From a bacterium (lineage in GTDB: Bacteria > SAR324 > NAC60-12): a DNA stretch of 64,000 bases. The stretch spans positions 736,001 to 800,000 of the forward strand of contig CBDBHR010000030.1 of assembly GCA_965205865.1 (NCBI GenBank), written 5' to 3'. The notes under the pieces are model-generated. The model worked only from the letters and a program-made list of their open reading frames with translations. It searched no databases and was not told where the DNA came from. Below are positions 23,024 to 35,369 of the stretch, in pieces; within the stretch, counting starts at the first letter, position 1; each line of letters begins with the position of its first letter. A program made the position numbers and the translations under genes.

Positions 23024-23866
23024 TCATGGGATATGAAAATTTTGGTTAAACACAATTTTATTATTTTTATCCCATATGATAATGCGTATCGCTGTAAATG
23101 AACTTTGTTTTGGTTTTTCCAATCTTTTTGAAAAAGGGAGGAAGTGTTTGATTGAAAAGGGAAGCGCGGTTTTGGAATCAAACTCAATCTCTTGATTCAA
23201 TCGTTCTGCTGTCAAAGGAAGAATGTTCACAAATCCGGATTGTGCTTCTTTATGGGTGCTTCTCAGATTGAAGCGGACAGCAAAACTATTTTTATCGGAT
23301 TTAATTTGCGTCTGATCGATGAAGAATGTTTTATTTTCGTTACCGGAGAAATCGCCGGGTGCTGAAGAGAACTTATTTAGTTGTTTTTCCAAATCCTGCA
23401 ATTGTCTGGAAAGAGATTGGGTATCCTGCAAGTATTCTTGTTGTTGATTTTCAAGAGTTTTAACTTGGATGTCGCTATTTTTGATCATGAAGCTTAGATC
23501 ATTGATTTCCAATTGATATTCAAAAATTTTTTCCCGGATTCCCAGTTGAGTTTGAGAATTTGAGTGTTGGGTGGTTTGCAGAGTTGTCAGGGAATCGCTT
23601 GTCTCTTGCAGTTCTTTTTGCAACGTGGATATTTGTTGTTGGAGTTGTGCTGAGTTCTCTTCGAGTTTTTGAGTGAAAGAATTTTCAGTTTCATGCGTGT
23701 TATGCAGCGCTGCTGTTATATTTTCGTGGATGAGAAATTGATATACCGTGAGAAAAAACAGTGCCAGGTAGATCACCGTTATGGAAACTCCCGTTTGAAT
23801 AACTGCAGTGCGCTTGATTTCCCAATGACCCCGGGGACCGATGATATGATATTTGACTTTGTTCAT
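23024..23866 (-). CDS. Hypothetical membrane-anchored coiled-coil protein
   Basis: N-terminal hydrophobic helix and Q/E/L-rich heptads; coupled to dprA. Confidence 0.7.
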   Translation of the reverse strand: MNKVKYHIIGPRGHWEIKRTAVIQTGVSITVIYLALFFLTVYQFLIHENITAALHNTHETENSFTQKLEENSAQLQQQISTLQKELQETSDSLTTLQTTQHSNSQTQLGIREKIFEYQLEINDLSFMIKNSDIQVKTLENQQQEYLQDTQSLSRQLQDLEKQLNKFSSAPGDFSGNENKTFFIDQTQIKSDKNSFAVRFNLRSTHKEAQSGFVNILPLTAERLNQEIEFDSKTALPFSIKHFLPFSKRLEKPKQSSFTAIRIIIWDKNNKIVFNQNFHIP

Positions 23867-25041
23867 CGTCCTGAGATAGTAATTGGTTTTTTGGAATTAT
23901 TCTCGAGTTGGAACGCTTCATTGAGTTGATATCGCTGCCCTTCCAGGGACTGCACGGTTTCCGTTAGTTCCAATTCAACCAGCAATCCTAACAATTCATT
24001 GATTTCTATTCGAGTTTCTGAATAAAGAGAATCGATATCCTGCATACCTGAATCAAGCGCTTTTATTATTTTGCGTTGATGTTCAGAAAATGCTGAAAGG
24101 TCAATGCTCCGATCTGGGGTAAAATCGAAAGAGAACTTTGTTTGCAAATTTTTGGAGTAAGAAACTTGTAATTCCTCCAAAATGTCTTTGGCGTGAACAA
24201 CGAGTTTGGCGTGATGTCGGGAAATCAATTGATTAGCGCCCCGACTGGTGGAGGCCTCTACGTTTCCTGGCAAGGCAAAGACCTCCCGATTGTGTTGAAG
24301 TCCGAATGCCGCCGTAATGAGGGCTCCACTTTTTTGACCTGCTTCTGTCACCACAATTCCCTGGGACAATCCACTGATAATTCGATTACGGATTGGAAAA
24401 TTACGGGCCAAAGGTTTCATGCCCATGGGGAATTCTGAAATCAAAGCGCCTTTAGACTGGATTTCTTGTGAGAGGCGATAATTTTCAGGGGGATAGATAT
24501 GCTTTAAGCCACCGGCCAGAACCGCAATTGTGGACAATCCTGCATCCAAAGCCGATTGGTGGGCCACGGTATCAATTCCCCGAGCCAACCCACTGACGAT
24601 AACCAAATTGGGCATTACTTCCGCCATTTCGAATATCAAACGCTTTGTATTCTTTTTTCCATAAGATGTGCAAATCCTTGAACCCACCACCGCAATGCAA
24701 GGAGATTCTATTTTTTGCAAATCTCCTTGACAATAAAGGATTGGAGGAGGCGCTGGTATTTCTCTCAATTTTTCCGGATAGCGGGGTGATTCGAGGCAGA
24801 TCAATTGAATGCCATTTTCCTCGATCAACCGGCGTTCTATTTGAAAACTGACCATGTCTTTCGCATTTGCAATGCGATTGGCCATCTTCACTGAAATGCC
24901 ACTTTGCCGGACTAGTTCTTCTGCGGACACACGTAGCAGGTTGTCGATACTCTTATAATGCCGAAGAAGTTGGCGAAGGGTTTGAATCCCCAGATCCGGA
25001 ATCAAATTCAACGCCAACCAATTCATTTCCGGAGTGTCCAT
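23863..25041 (-). CDS. dprA: DNA-processing protein DprA
   Basis: AVVGSR, VSGLARGID, FPIRNRIISG, SGALITA. Confidence 0.96.
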   Translation of the reverse strand: MDTPEMNWLALNLIPDLGIQTLRQLLRHYKSIDNLLRVSAEELVRQSGISVKMANRIANAKDMVSFQIERRLIEENGIQLICLESPRYPEKLREIPAPPPILYCQGDLQKIESPCIAVVGSRICTSYGKKNTKRLIFEMAEVMPNLVIVSGLARGIDTVAHQSALDAGLSTIAVLAGGLKHIYPPENYRLSQEIQSKGALISEFPMGMKPLARNFPIRNRIISGLSQGIVVTEAGQKSGALITAAFGLQHNREVFALPGNVEASTSRGANQLISRHHAKLVVHAKDILEELQVSYSKNLQTKFSFDFTPDRSIDLSAFSEHQRKIIKALDSGMQDIDSLYSETRIEINELLGLLVELELTETVQSLEGQRYQLNEAFQLENNSKKPITISGR

Positions 25042-25085
25042 TGGGACTCCTGTTTTCTGAAGAATCATTGAGGTAATGGGATCAA

Positions 25086-25541
25086 CTAACGAAAGAACTT
25101 CAGTGCCCGTTCCACTTCCCGGTCCTCATCTTTTCGCTTCATGCTCTCGCGTTTATCATAGATTTTTTTCCCTCGTACCAAAGCCAATTCTACTTTGACT
25201 TTCCCATTTTTAAAGTAAAATCTCAGAGGAATCAAGGTTCGCCCTTTTTCTCGAAGCTGTCCGTAGAGTCTGCGAATTTCTTGTTTATGCAACAACAGCT
25301 TACGTTCTCGGAGGGGTTCATGATTGACCCGGTTTCCAAATTCATAAGGACTGATGCGCAAATGGAGCAAGAAAATCTCCAAGCGCTCATTGATCCGACA
25401 ATAGCTATCACTTATATTGATCCCGCTGTTACGCAGGCTTTTTACCTCAGTTCCCTTCAATGCAATGCCTGCTTCAAAAGTTTGAATGATTTCATATTCA
25501 AATCGTGCTTTTCGGTTTGTAGCGATGATTTTAATACTCAT
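25086..25541 (-). CDS. smpB: SsrA-binding protein
   Basis: NRKARFEY, EAGIALKGTEVKSLR, RKLLLHK, GKK.YDKR. Confidence 0.97.
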   Translation of the reverse strand: MSIKIIATNRKARFEYEIIQTFEAGIALKGTEVKSLRNSGINISDSYCRINERLEIFLLHLRISPYEFGNRVNHEPLRERKLLLHKQEIRRLYGQLREKGRTLIPLRFYFKNGKVKVELALVRGKKIYDKRESMKRKDEDREVERALKFFR

Positions 25542-25632
25542 CAAATAACTGTGGCGAGGAAGGAAAAGGCAATGAGGAATGCCTGACAAATCGGTTGTTA
25601 CAAATCACAACGTCAGAATCACGGATATCCAT

Positions 25633-27039
25633 TTATAAAGAGTCGTGTTCCTGCAAATCAGCAGGAGTTTTAAGTCGCGTCTCAGCCCATCGCATGGCAT
25701 CATGCAATTGATTCAATTTACCGTCCAACTGCAACTCAAAACTTTCTCGAATCAATTGTCCTACCAGCGGTCCGGGAGTCATGCCTAATTTCAGCAAATG
25801 ACGACCTTTCAAGATAGGGTGAGGCGCATTATCTTTGACATCAAGAGCTTCGGCACGCTCCAGCAACCAATCTCGGGCGGGAAATACTCTTGCGAGAGCC
25901 TCCTGAGTGGTCCTGCCAAAGTGATCTGCAGTGGCAACGCGGATCAACTCGGGAATAGGCACCCGCATGGCAAGACGTCGAATCGCGCCATCTGTCACCC
26001 GCGTCCTCGCTTGGTACAGCAAGGCAGGTTTCAAATGCTCTCTCACATAGATTTTCACCGACTCAATTAGAATCTGTTCGTCGCTGAGACGTCTGAGAAA
26101 GGATTCTGTGGGTTCCAAACCTTTTACATCATGAGCAGGGCTTCTCCAGTGTCCTTCTTTGAAAACCGTTGTTGCTGGTTTTCCAAAATCATGACAAAGC
26201 GCACCAAACATGAGACGTATGTCCTTCTTTTCGTCATTCTGCCTCAATTTGGCGGATTCATCCATCACCATGAGCGTGTGAGTCCAGACGTCTCCTTCCG
26301 GATGCCAGACAGGGTCTTGGGGAACGCCGATCAATGCTCTTAATTCCGGAAAAAATTTCAAGACACCTAAATCCAGCGCCGCTTTCAGGCCGATAGAGGG
26401 AAATTTTGCCCTGAGAAACAATTTTTTAAACTCTTCGAATAATCTTTCTTTAGGGAGTTCCTGCAGATCAAGATTTTGACAGATTTTAAGCGTTTCCGGC
26501 GCAATTTTTAATTCAAAACGAGCCGCAAACTGCATGGCCCGTAGAACTCGTAAGGGATCTTCCGTAAAAGCGGGACCAATATGTCGAAGCGTGCCTTGCT
26601 GCAGATCCAGTCGACCTTGAAAAGAATCGTATATTTTGCCGTTGAGAATATCATACCCCATTGCATTAATAGTGAAATCCCGTCGAGCAGCAGCACTGGC
26701 AAAATTCATGTTTGGATCAACATCGATCATAAATCCTTTGTGACCTGGTCCGCTTTTATTTTCGGTACGAGGCAGGCTGAAATCATATTCATTTCGAGAG
26801 GTTGATAATTTGAAGATTCCAAAGTGTTTTCCAACTGCGGCAACATGACCAAACGTCGTTAAAACGGATTCCAACCTCGAAGGTAAAAGATGATAAACTT
26901 CGATGTCTAAATCTTGGGGAATGGGATGTTGTAAGAGAAAATCACGGACGGACCCACCGATGAGTAACGCTTTTCCCCCTGCATTTGAAATTGCCCGGGC
27001 AATAGCAATGATCTCCGAATCCAATTTGATTTCCGGCAT
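25633..27039 (-). CDS. cca: CCA-adding/tRNA nucleotidyltransferase with HD domain
   Basis: GGSVRD, DLD, RRDFTINA, EDPLRVLRA, HPEGDVWTH, HDFGK. Confidence 0.92.
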   Translation of the reverse strand: MPEIKLDSEIIAIARAISNAGGKALLIGGSVRDFLLQHPIPQDLDIEVYHLLPSRLESVLTTFGHVAAVGKHFGIFKLSTSRNEYDFSLPRTENKSGPGHKGFMIDVDPNMNFASAAARRDFTINAMGYDILNGKIYDSFQGRLDLQQGTLRHIGPAFTEDPLRVLRAMQFAARFELKIAPETLKICQNLDLQELPKERLFEEFKKLFLRAKFPSIGLKAALDLGVLKFFPELRALIGVPQDPVWHPEGDVWTHTLMVMDESAKLRQNDEKKDIRLMFGALCHDFGKPATTVFKEGHWRSPAHDVKGLEPTESFLRRLSDEQILIESVKIYVREHLKPALLYQARTRVTDGAIRRLAMRVPIPELIRVATADHFGRTTQEALARVFPARDWLLERAEALDVKDNAPHPILKGRHLLKLGMTPGPLVGQLIRESFELQLDGKLNQLHDAMRWAETRLKTPADLQEHDSL

Positions 27040-27161
27040 AATTGTCACCAGTGCGAGCAAGAAAAAGATTGGGTTAAAAACCTGTTTCCAGTCACCGTTA
27101 ATATCGAAACTTGACAAGATTGCGGTTTTTAACCAGTCGGAGAAGGCAGACTATTTAACGG

Positions 27162-28091
27162 TCACAAGTGCTTGATGAAATAAGGAATCGTGTTTTCAAG
27201 TCCCTCTGCCAGGGAAACCATTGGCTGCCAACCAAGCTCCTTTTTTGCCAATGCAATATCGGGTATCCGCCTGAAGGGATCGTCGTCTCTTTTTGATTTC
27301 AGCATAATTTTAGATGGGGATCGTGTCAGTTCGATAATTTTTTCTGCTAATTCCAAAATGCTAAACTCCACTGGATTACCAAGGTTGACAGGTCCCACAA
27401 AATTTTCTTTGCGCATCATGGAGACGATCCCTTTCACAAGATTGTCAATGTAACAAAAGGAACGTGATTGCTCACCATTACCATAAATGACAAGAGGCTC
27501 TCCCTTCAGTGCAGCTACAATAAAATTGCTCACAACCCGACCATCATCAAGATTCATGCGAGGACCATAGGTATTGAAAATTCTTATGATTTTGCAGTCA
27601 ACTTGGTTTTGACGATGGTAATCCATCGTTAAGGTTTCTGCCACTCGTTTTCCTTCATCGTAGCAACTGCGAATGCCAATCGGATTTACCGAACCCCTAT
27701 ATTCTTCAGGCTGCGGATGAATTTCAGGATTGCCATAAACCTCAGATGTGGATGCCTGCAAAATCCGGGCTTTCACCCGTTTTGCCAATCCTAACATATT
27801 GATTGTACCCATTACGCAGGTTTTAATTGTTTTAACAGGATTGTACTGATAGTGAATCGGGGAAGCCGGACAGGCAAAATTAAAAATCCAATCCGCTTCC
27901 AACAAGATGGGTTCCACAATATCGTGTCGGATGATTTCAAAACCAGGATTGGCAAGAAGGTGTTCCACATTCTTTTTACTTCCAGTAAAAAAATTATCCA
28001 GACAAATGACTTCATGCCCTGCATTCAAGAGATACTCACAGAGAAACGAGCCAATAAAACCGGCACCTCCCGTGACCAATGCCTTTTCCAT
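27162..28091 (-). CDS. UDP-glucuronate decarboxylase (SDR)
   Basis: [37 protein letters not shown]. Confidence 0.93.
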   Translation of the reverse strand: MEKALVTGGAGFIGSFLCEYLLNAGHEVICLDNFFTGSKKNVEHLLANPGFEIIRHDIVEPILLEADWIFNFACPASPIHYQYNPVKTIKTCVMGTINMLGLAKRVKARILQASTSEVYGNPEIHPQPEEYRGSVNPIGIRSCYDEGKRVAETLTMDYHRQNQVDCKIIRIFNTYGPRMNLDDGRVVSNFIVAALKGEPLVIYGNGEQSRSFCYIDNLVKGIVSMMRKENFVGPVNLGNPVEFSILELAEKIIELTRSPSKIMLKSKRDDDPFRRIPDIALAKKELGWQPMVSLAEGLENTIPYFIKHL

Positions 28092-28560
28092 AGATTGTTA
28101 TAAAAAAAGTCATAATTTGTATTTTATTTAACATTTCCAGCAAATGAAATAAATTAAATTTCATTCAAATTCAGGGTATAGCACGAAGGTCATGGTTGTT
28201 TATCTCCATTTTGGTTTGAGAAGTGATTCAAAAGGAGGAAGAATATTAGAGCGGTCCGAGGTATCCCTTCTTGGAAGATTATGATAGAAACTTATGTATT
28301 TCCACATTCAATTATATCGATACCTTGATAAACAAGTCAAATTTCAATGAATGCGTAGCAAGAAATGGAAAAGCAACTCACCATTTGTCCTGTTGCGCAT
28401 CTATGATACGTTCCATTTGAATCCGAGTCTGCCCTGATTTTTTAGGAATTTGGGTTGAGAGACTCCCCCGTTCGTTACCCTCCTGTCAAGGTCAGTGAGA
28501 TTAGCAGGTGGAATTCGCAAGGGGGTTGATGAGATCTTAACATCCAGATAAGAGGAAAAA

Positions 28561-29613
28561 ATGTTTCAAGAAGATAAGAAAAAAGAATTACAATTAGCCA
28601 TTTCACAAATCGACCGCCAATTTGGCAAAGGTTCGATAATGAGATTGGATGATACCAGTACGGCTCATTTCCCCTCCGTCAGTACCGGCATAATCGGATT
28701 AGACATTGCATTGGGGATTGGCGGATTTCCCAAGGGGAGAATAACGGAAATCTATGGACCAGAAGGAACCGGGAAAACCACAGTTGCGCTTTGTGCTATT
28801 GCTGAAGTTCAAAAACTGGGTGGCACGGCCGCTTTTATCGATGCAGAACATGCATTGGATGTGGCAAATGCAAAAAAACTCGGGGTTAAAATTGATGAAC
28901 TCCTTCTTTCCCAACCCGATTATGGGGAGCAAGCTTTGGAAATATCAGATATTTTGGTACGCAGCAAAAGTGTCGACATTGTCGTCGTCGATTCAGTAGC
29001 TGCCTTGGTACCAAAAAATGAGTTGGAAGGAGAAATGGGAGACTCCCATGTTGGATTACAAGCACGCTTGATGTCCCAAGCATTGCGAAAATTGACGGGC
29101 TCTGTGGCCAAATCAAACACCCTCTTTATATTCATCAATCAATTGCGGATAAAAATTGGTGTAATTTTTGGCAATCCAGAAACCACAACGGGAGGAAATG
29201 CGCTCAAATTTTACTCCAGTATGCGGCTGGAAGTGAGAAAGGGGTCTTTAATCAAAAAAGGTGATGAGACGACTGGACATCAAATGAAAATAAAAATTGT
29301 CAAAAATAAAGTAGCCCCTCCCTTCCGTACAGTCGAGTTTGACCTTTTTTACAATAGGGGCGTGTCTAAGCTGGGAAGCCTTTTGGATTGTAGCGTTTCG
29401 GACGGAATCGTACAAAAAAGCGGGACCTGGTATTCTTATGATGGGGAAAGAATGGGACAAGGGCGTGAAAATTCTGAAAGGTTTTTAGAGGAAAACCCAA
29501 AGATGATAACAGAAATTGATCGTAAAATTAGAGAAGCCCATCATCTTGCAATTCCATCAGAAGGAATAAGCCCATCTTCTTCTGAGGAAAGCAAAGAACA
29601 ACCTGTAAGTTAA
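28561..29613 (+). CDS. recA: Recombinase A
   Basis: [44 protein letters not shown]. Confidence 0.98.
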   Translation: MFQEDKKKELQLAISQIDRQFGKGSIMRLDDTSTAHFPSVSTGIIGLDIALGIGGFPKGRITEIYGPEGTGKTTVALCAIAEVQKLGGTAAFIDAEHALDVANAKKLGVKIDELLLSQPDYGEQALEISDILVRSKSVDIVVVDSVAALVPKNELEGEMGDSHVGLQARLMSQALRKLTGSVAKSNTLFIFINQLRIKIGVIFGNPETTTGGNALKFYSSMRLEVRKGSLIKKGDETTGHQMKIKIVKNKVAPPFRTVEFDLFYNRGVSKLGSLLDCSVSDGIVQKSGTWYSYDGERMGQGRENSERFLEENPKMITEIDRKIREAHHLAIPSEGISPSSSEESKEQPVS

Positions 29614-29767
29614 AATCTTGCGAGCAAGCTAATAAACTCGCTCATCCCTCCTTAGGGAATAGGACGTACCAGTGTGAGAGAAATATCGATCATGGCGAAA
29701 TCAGCGGTGGCAAAACCGGCAACAGGATTGCCATCCGGAGTCATACTGATATTTGGAAAGTGTATAT

Positions 29768-29843
29768 GTCATCCTCGCGAAAGCGGGGATCCGGATTTCA
29801 GTCTGGTTGCATACCTCCGGATTCCTGCTTTCGCAAGAATGAC
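29768..29843. repeat. GTCAT..ATGAC REP-like element
   Basis: gtcatcctcgcgaaagcggggatcc..ggattcctgctttcgcaagaatgac. Confidence 0.75.
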
Positions 29844-30069
29844 AAGGTTTCTCTAAGATATGAAGATTCCATTTTCTGGTAGTCGACAAGGACTGCGATG
29901 TTCAGATTCGTCTGTGATTTCGCTGGTTGCAATTAATGCAAGGTTTCTCAGAAAGTGACAAGGACTGCGACAGATGTGTCAGAACATTGTCAGAACCACC
30001 AACCGGTGTAATGGTCCATTCGGCACTCAGACCCTTCTCTCCCTTTTTTCCTGAAGAAGGGCCGACATA

Positions 30070-31050
30070 ACCTGAATGTAGAGAAGATCCGATACACCTT
30101 CGACGACGAGGCTGTTTGGGCCAATGAAAAGTGTTTGATAAATCTCGTAACCAAGGGCTCCTTGCAGTGGAAATAGACTGTCTGGTGTTGCATCAAGAAC
30201 TTCAGTGATGACCTGTGTCCCTTGTTGTTTATCGGAGAGATTGTCTTAGTTTGGCTCAATGCTCAGGTCCTGGACAATGCGCACTCGATCAAAATACTTA
30301 GCCTCGACCATGAACGGTGAATGAGTCGTATAGATGAGTTGATGATGGGGTTTGAGTTCCTTTTCAAAGTAGCGAAGAAGGTCTTCCTGAGCTTTCGCAT
30401 GCAAAGAGAGACCTGGTTCGTCCAAAAGTAGAATAATCTTCTCATTCTTTTTGCGAAGCTGAGAATACCATGCGAGGAAAGAAAAGAACCAGACAAAGCC
30501 CCGGGAACGGGTACCAAGCGCCGTGCTCACCATGTGTTTCATGTCGTTTACACGACCCCAGATGTTCATTCCCTTTGTCATATGCGGTGGGTCATTGAGT
30601 AGGGCTGGGCGGATGTCAAACTTCAACCGAAGGTGTTGATTCTGGGACCAATAAGTGAGCACTTTCTGCGTAAGTTGATTTTCGGCCGCTTCAAGCTTGG
30701 CAAGCAACGCTTCCGTCCGCCCCGGCGCAACAAGTTGGTTCAAGTCCAATCCGGCAAGGTCGATTAATCCCAGGAGTGGATGGTCTGGCTCTTCAAGAGC
30801 ATCGTTTTTGCCTCGTTCCATGAGAGCATCAAGGTTGTCCTGCCCCTTCATCTGGTAATACTCGTCGAAGTAGAGAAACTTCGGAATACGGATACTGAGA
30901 GTATGTTGGTAAACGATGCAATTTACACCGTCGTCAGAGATATCTTGAAGCATCGACTTGAGCTCCTGCACAACTTCCGTCTCCTGCCCTCTATCACTGC
31001 ATATGAGTTGATAGTCTCTGAAAAAGTCTCTTTATTGACAATTGCCAATT
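30070..31050 (-). pseudogene. OLD-family ABC-ATPase/TOPRIM nuclease fragment
   Basis: LLDEPGLSLH, YTTHSPFM, then after a frameshift (about 30250) LVVEGVSDLLY; both ends missing. Confidence 0.8.
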
Positions 31051-31189
31051 TCAGACAGAGAGCAGTGCAGAGAAATCGAGAAAATGACTGTGAGACAAAG
31101 CGAAAATAAATAAATCTCGCTGTTGCCCAAACACTTTGATATACTTATTGAAAATTAGTGTTTTGTTGTTCTCTTCTTTGAGGAGTATC

Positions 31190-32041
31190 ATGCTGAGACA
31201 TCCCATTTCTCCGACGGTAGACTGTATCTTCAAGGCCATTTTAGGGGCAGAGGAAAACAAAAATTTACTGGTTGATTTTCTCAATAGTGTTCTTGCTCCG
31301 CAGTCTCCCATTTCGGATGTCGAAATCCTCAATCCTTACAATGAACGTGAATTTTATAAAGATAAGTTGACGATTGTCGATATCAAAGCCAAAGATGAAA
31401 ATGGGACGGCCTACCAGATAGAAATTCAATTATCGGTTTTTTCTTATTTGCCGGAGAGAATGCTCTACACGTGGAGCGACATCTACCAGTCCCAGCTAAC
31501 AAGCGGGGAAAAATTCTCAGAATTACGTCCGGTTATCTCCATTTGGCTGTTGACTGAAAACCTGTTCCACCAAAGCCCAGCTTACCATCATCACTTCCAA
31601 ATGCTCGATGAAGCGCACCAACAACGATTATCGGAGCATTGCTCAATCCACACGTTAGAATTGGAGAAATGGCAGTTTTCCGAGACACTGAACCCTGAAG
31701 GTGAATGGCTTTATTTTTTTAAGGAAGCCGAGAATTGGAGAGAATTACCCGAAATCATCAACACCCCTAAAATGAGGCAAGCGATGGCAGTCTTAGAGAG
31801 ATTTTCTGAAAAAGAAGCGAATTATCATTTATACCAAGCCCGTCAAAACGCCATCCGTGAGGAACAAACAAGGCAGAAACTTTTAGAAGAAGCTCTACGA
31901 GATAAGGAAGAAGCGGTGCGAGACAAAGAAGAAGCGGTGCGAGACAAAGAAGAAGCAGTGCGAGACAAAGAAGAGGAGAAAGCGAAAAATAATCGTCTCA
32001 AGGAACTCTTGAAAAAAGAAGGAATTGATCCAAGTGTATAA
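31190..32041 (+). CDS. Rpn/PD-(D/E)XK_2 family nuclease with C-terminal 21-bp repeats
   Basis: DCIFKAILG, IVDIKAKD..YQIEIQ, RMLYTWS; (RDKEEAV)n at 31898-31975. Confidence 0.9.
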   Translation: MLRHPISPTVDCIFKAILGAEENKNLLVDFLNSVLAPQSPISDVEILNPYNEREFYKDKLTIVDIKAKDENGTAYQIEIQLSVFSYLPERMLYTWSDIYQSQLTSGEKFSELRPVISIWLLTENLFHQSPAYHHHFQMLDEAHQQRLSEHCSIHTLELEKWQFSETLNPEGEWLYFFKEAENWRELPEIINTPKMRQAMAVLERFSEKEANYHLYQARQNAIREEQTRQKLLEEALRDKEEAVRDKEEAVRDKEEAVRDKEEEKAKNNRLKELLKKEGIDPSV

Positions 32042-32614
<573 letters not shown>

Positions 32615-32649
32615 TTTCTCTAAAAGATAAAATGGGCACAACAACAGTC

Positions 32650-33401
32650 CCGAGGCGCGCAATGCACTTGGCGACGAACTCACGCCAGCGCTGCGTCTCA
32701 TGATCGAACACCCAGTCGAAAGGATCCTTGGCGGCCGCGCGCGCCGGATCGGCGACCACGCTGCCCACTAATGATTTGAATTTCGGATTGGGTGCGTCCT
32801 TTACGCGCATCTGCTCGAACGAGTGATAGGAAAAGCGCAAAGGCACGCCTCTGGTGAGCGCTTCAGCTTTGACCGTCTCGCGGAATGATTGATCCGCCAT
32901 CAGTTGTTCGTAGCGATCAGTACCGAGCGCTTCAATCGCCGGGCGCCAAGCAAGCATCGCATGAAATGGGTAGGGCAATGCCATTGAGAATTCCATTTCG
33001 TGCGGAGAGCAGCCGATCTGGCCCCACAGTTCGCGCCCGTGCTTGCTCGCAGCTTCGATTTCACCGAATTCGCGCATGACGCGTTCCGGATCGTTGAGGT
33101 CGGTAAACATCGCAGCGATCATCACCGGGTGCCCATTGCGCGCCGCGACATCCTCCAGCCACAGCACCGTGGTGGTCATACCCTTGGTCAGCATGAACAC
33201 GCCCTTGCCGGTGTCACCGAGCGCTCCGGTGAGTTCCAGCATTTCATTTTCGTCAGCAAAGCGCGACGGCACGGGGATGTCGCGGTCACCATTGTGCTGC
33301 TCGAGCGTGGAAGTCGAAAAGCCGACTGCACCCGCATCCAGAGCGTCGCGAACTATTTTTTTCATCTGCGTAACTTCGGCCGGCGTGGCGGTGCGCTCCA
33401 T
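32650..33401 (-). pseudogene. N-acyl-D-amino-acid deacylase/amidohydrolase internal fragment
   Basis: ERTATPAEV..M..ALDAGAVGFSTS, PVPSRFA; GC-rich, truncated on both sides. Confidence 0.75.
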
Positions 33402-33416
33402 ATTTCCATTTTTTTT

Positions 33417-34205
33417 AAAAGGAGATTGATGTATTCAAGCAATTTAAGCGATCAACAATGGTCTGAGATTGAACATTTTTTGCACGTTCCGACCCCCTGG
33501 GGGCCAGGAGTATTGATAGCAAACATACCATCGTCAATGCGGTTTTTTATGTAGTGAAAACGGGTTGTCAGTGGAGATTGCTTCCCCATGATTTTCCTCC
33601 CTGGCAAAGCGTTTATGATCATTATCGCCGCTGGATTCAAAGAGGGATTTGGCAAGAAGTTTTGGATTTCCTCAATGCCCGCACTCGCGTGAAACAGGGC
33701 AAGAAGCCTTTTCCCAGTCATGCCATCGTCGATTCTCAAAGTGTGAAAACCCAATACGCTTCCAAAGAGCGGGGTATTGATGGGGGAAAAAAATCAAAGG
33801 GCGTAAACGCCATATCAGTGTCGATACTTTGGACAACCTTTTATATGTGAAAGTCCATGCGGCGAACCAATCCGATACCAAGGAAGGGTGTGCCGTTTTT
33901 GAGCAAACCACTCGCAAATATCCAAGCTCGAGAGCTTTTTCCGCTGACCAAGGATATTGTGGCGCCTCGCGGGAGTTTGTTGAAAAGGTGTTGGGACTGA
34001 AACTCGACATCGCAAAAGGAATCAAGGGCCAATGGGCGCTCTTGAAAAAACGTTGGATTGTGGAACGCGCATTCGCTTGGTTCGGGGGCTTCAGAAGATT
34101 AGCCAAAGATTTTGAAATCCTCACGAACACTGCTGAAAATATGATTCGTATTGCCATGATCAAAGTTAGCTTAGCCAAGTGTGTTTGTTAACCAAACGGC
34201 TTCTA
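33417..34205 (+). mobile_element. IS5-family (IS1031-like) element, degenerate
   Basis: MYSSNLSDQQW, KTGCQWRLLPHDFPPWQSVY, VDSQSVK, A7 slip at GIDGGKK, ADQGY, RWIVERAFAW; right end aaccaaacggcttcta. Confidence 0.9.
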
Positions 34206-34665
34206 AAGCCAGCGCGAGTTGGGCACGACTGATTCACAAGATCTTCGAGGTGGATCCTCTCTTATGTCCCAATTGCGGCAAAGCAATGAAAATCATCGCT
34301 TTTATTACCAGCCATCAGGAAATCAAGAAAATTTTAAAGCATATCGGAGAGGAAACGGACAGGGCCCCTCCCCTCCTCCCTTCTATCACTGCATCTGAGC
34401 CGGAGGACTCCTATGACTTTGCGGGGGTTTTCCCTCCGGATGAAGCTTATTTTTATGAGGAAGAATGGGGCGCTTAAACCTCAGGGATCGCTTTGTCTAA
34501 AATCCGGCTTTTTCAAACCTGCACAGAAGAAAAGTGGCGAAAAATTCAAGAGACCAGCCATCCCTTTAAGAAACCTGCCAAAAATCAACAAAATCCCCTG
34601 TCAATTCTCCTTGACATTCCTAATTTTCAAATGGTATTGTCTTCTGTAAATTTTTGATTTTCCTA
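34206..34665 (+). mobile_element. IS91-like transposase C-terminal remnant and end
   Basis: WARLIHKIFEVDPLLCPNCGKAMKIIAFI..IKKIL.H..RAPP; end-like ttgattttcctac near 34655. Confidence 0.75.
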
Positions 34666-34693
34666 CTAGAACTATGATCAAGGAGGGGGAAAG

Positions 34694-34993
34694 ATGGTTC
34701 CCGCCATTGCGGAACATGCCGATGAACTTGGGGATCTGTGCCGCCGCTATAGCGTCCTCCGGCTCGACCTGTTCGGTTCATCCGCCGTCGGGGAATACCG
34801 GCCGGGCGAAAGCGACCTGGACTTTCTGGTCGAGTTTCTCCCGCCGGCGTTGACGGCCTATGCGGACTCCCACTTCGGCCTGCTTCAGGAGTTGGAAGAG
34901 CTTTTCGGCCAGCCGATGGACTTGGTGGTCGGCCCGGCGATCAGGAATCCCTACTTCTTGCAGTCGGTTGAAGAGACCAAGATGACCATCTAG
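34694..34993 (+). CDS. Minimal nucleotidyltransferase (MNT antitoxin), no HEPN partner
   Basis: LFGS, SDLDFLVEF, DLV..I.NPY. Confidence 0.85.
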   Translation: MVPAIAEHADELGDLCRRYSVLRLDLFGSSAVGEYRPGESDLDFLVEFLPPALTAYADSHFGLLQELEELFGQPMDLVVGPAIRNPYFLQSVEETKMTI

Positions 34994-35212
34994 TGCTTGC
35001 CAGAAAAATACTCAAATTGCTGATATTAAATGACATTTCTTCAATTTCATAGGATGAAGATTTGTTTGATACAGTGTTCAGATGGCCGAAATCAGCAAAA
35101 AATGGGATTTTTATGAGTTTCTCCAAAATCTTCGTTTCTTAAAAAGAGGTGAATACCATTAAATTATGTATAATACCCTGGATCAGGTTTGTCCAGACAC
35201 TCTTTTTGCCCG

Positions 35213-35285
35213 TGTCATCTCGAACGAACGTGAGAGATCTTTTCCATGCCGAGACTCTAGATTTCTCCCATTCGGTCGAAATGAC
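35213..35285. repeat. REP-like palindrome (GTCATCTCGAAC..GTCGAAATGAC)
   Basis: Inverted halves visible in the sequence. Confidence 0.65.
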
Positions 35286-35369
35286 GCACAACAGCATTTT
35301 CTATGCCAAGATAAATCTCATTCACTCTAGTATAGAAGTTTTGCGATCCGATTGGGGAGAGGGCTCCTC

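Noticed and set aside
28130-28560. Long uxs-recA intergenic region as a riboswitch or SOS box
   Set aside because: No motif I can support from the sequence.
29863-29971. Two GACAAGGACTGCGA motifs 72 bp apart, resembling CRISPR repeat 3' ends
   Set aside because: Only two units, about 14 nt conserved, no cas genes; at most a relic.
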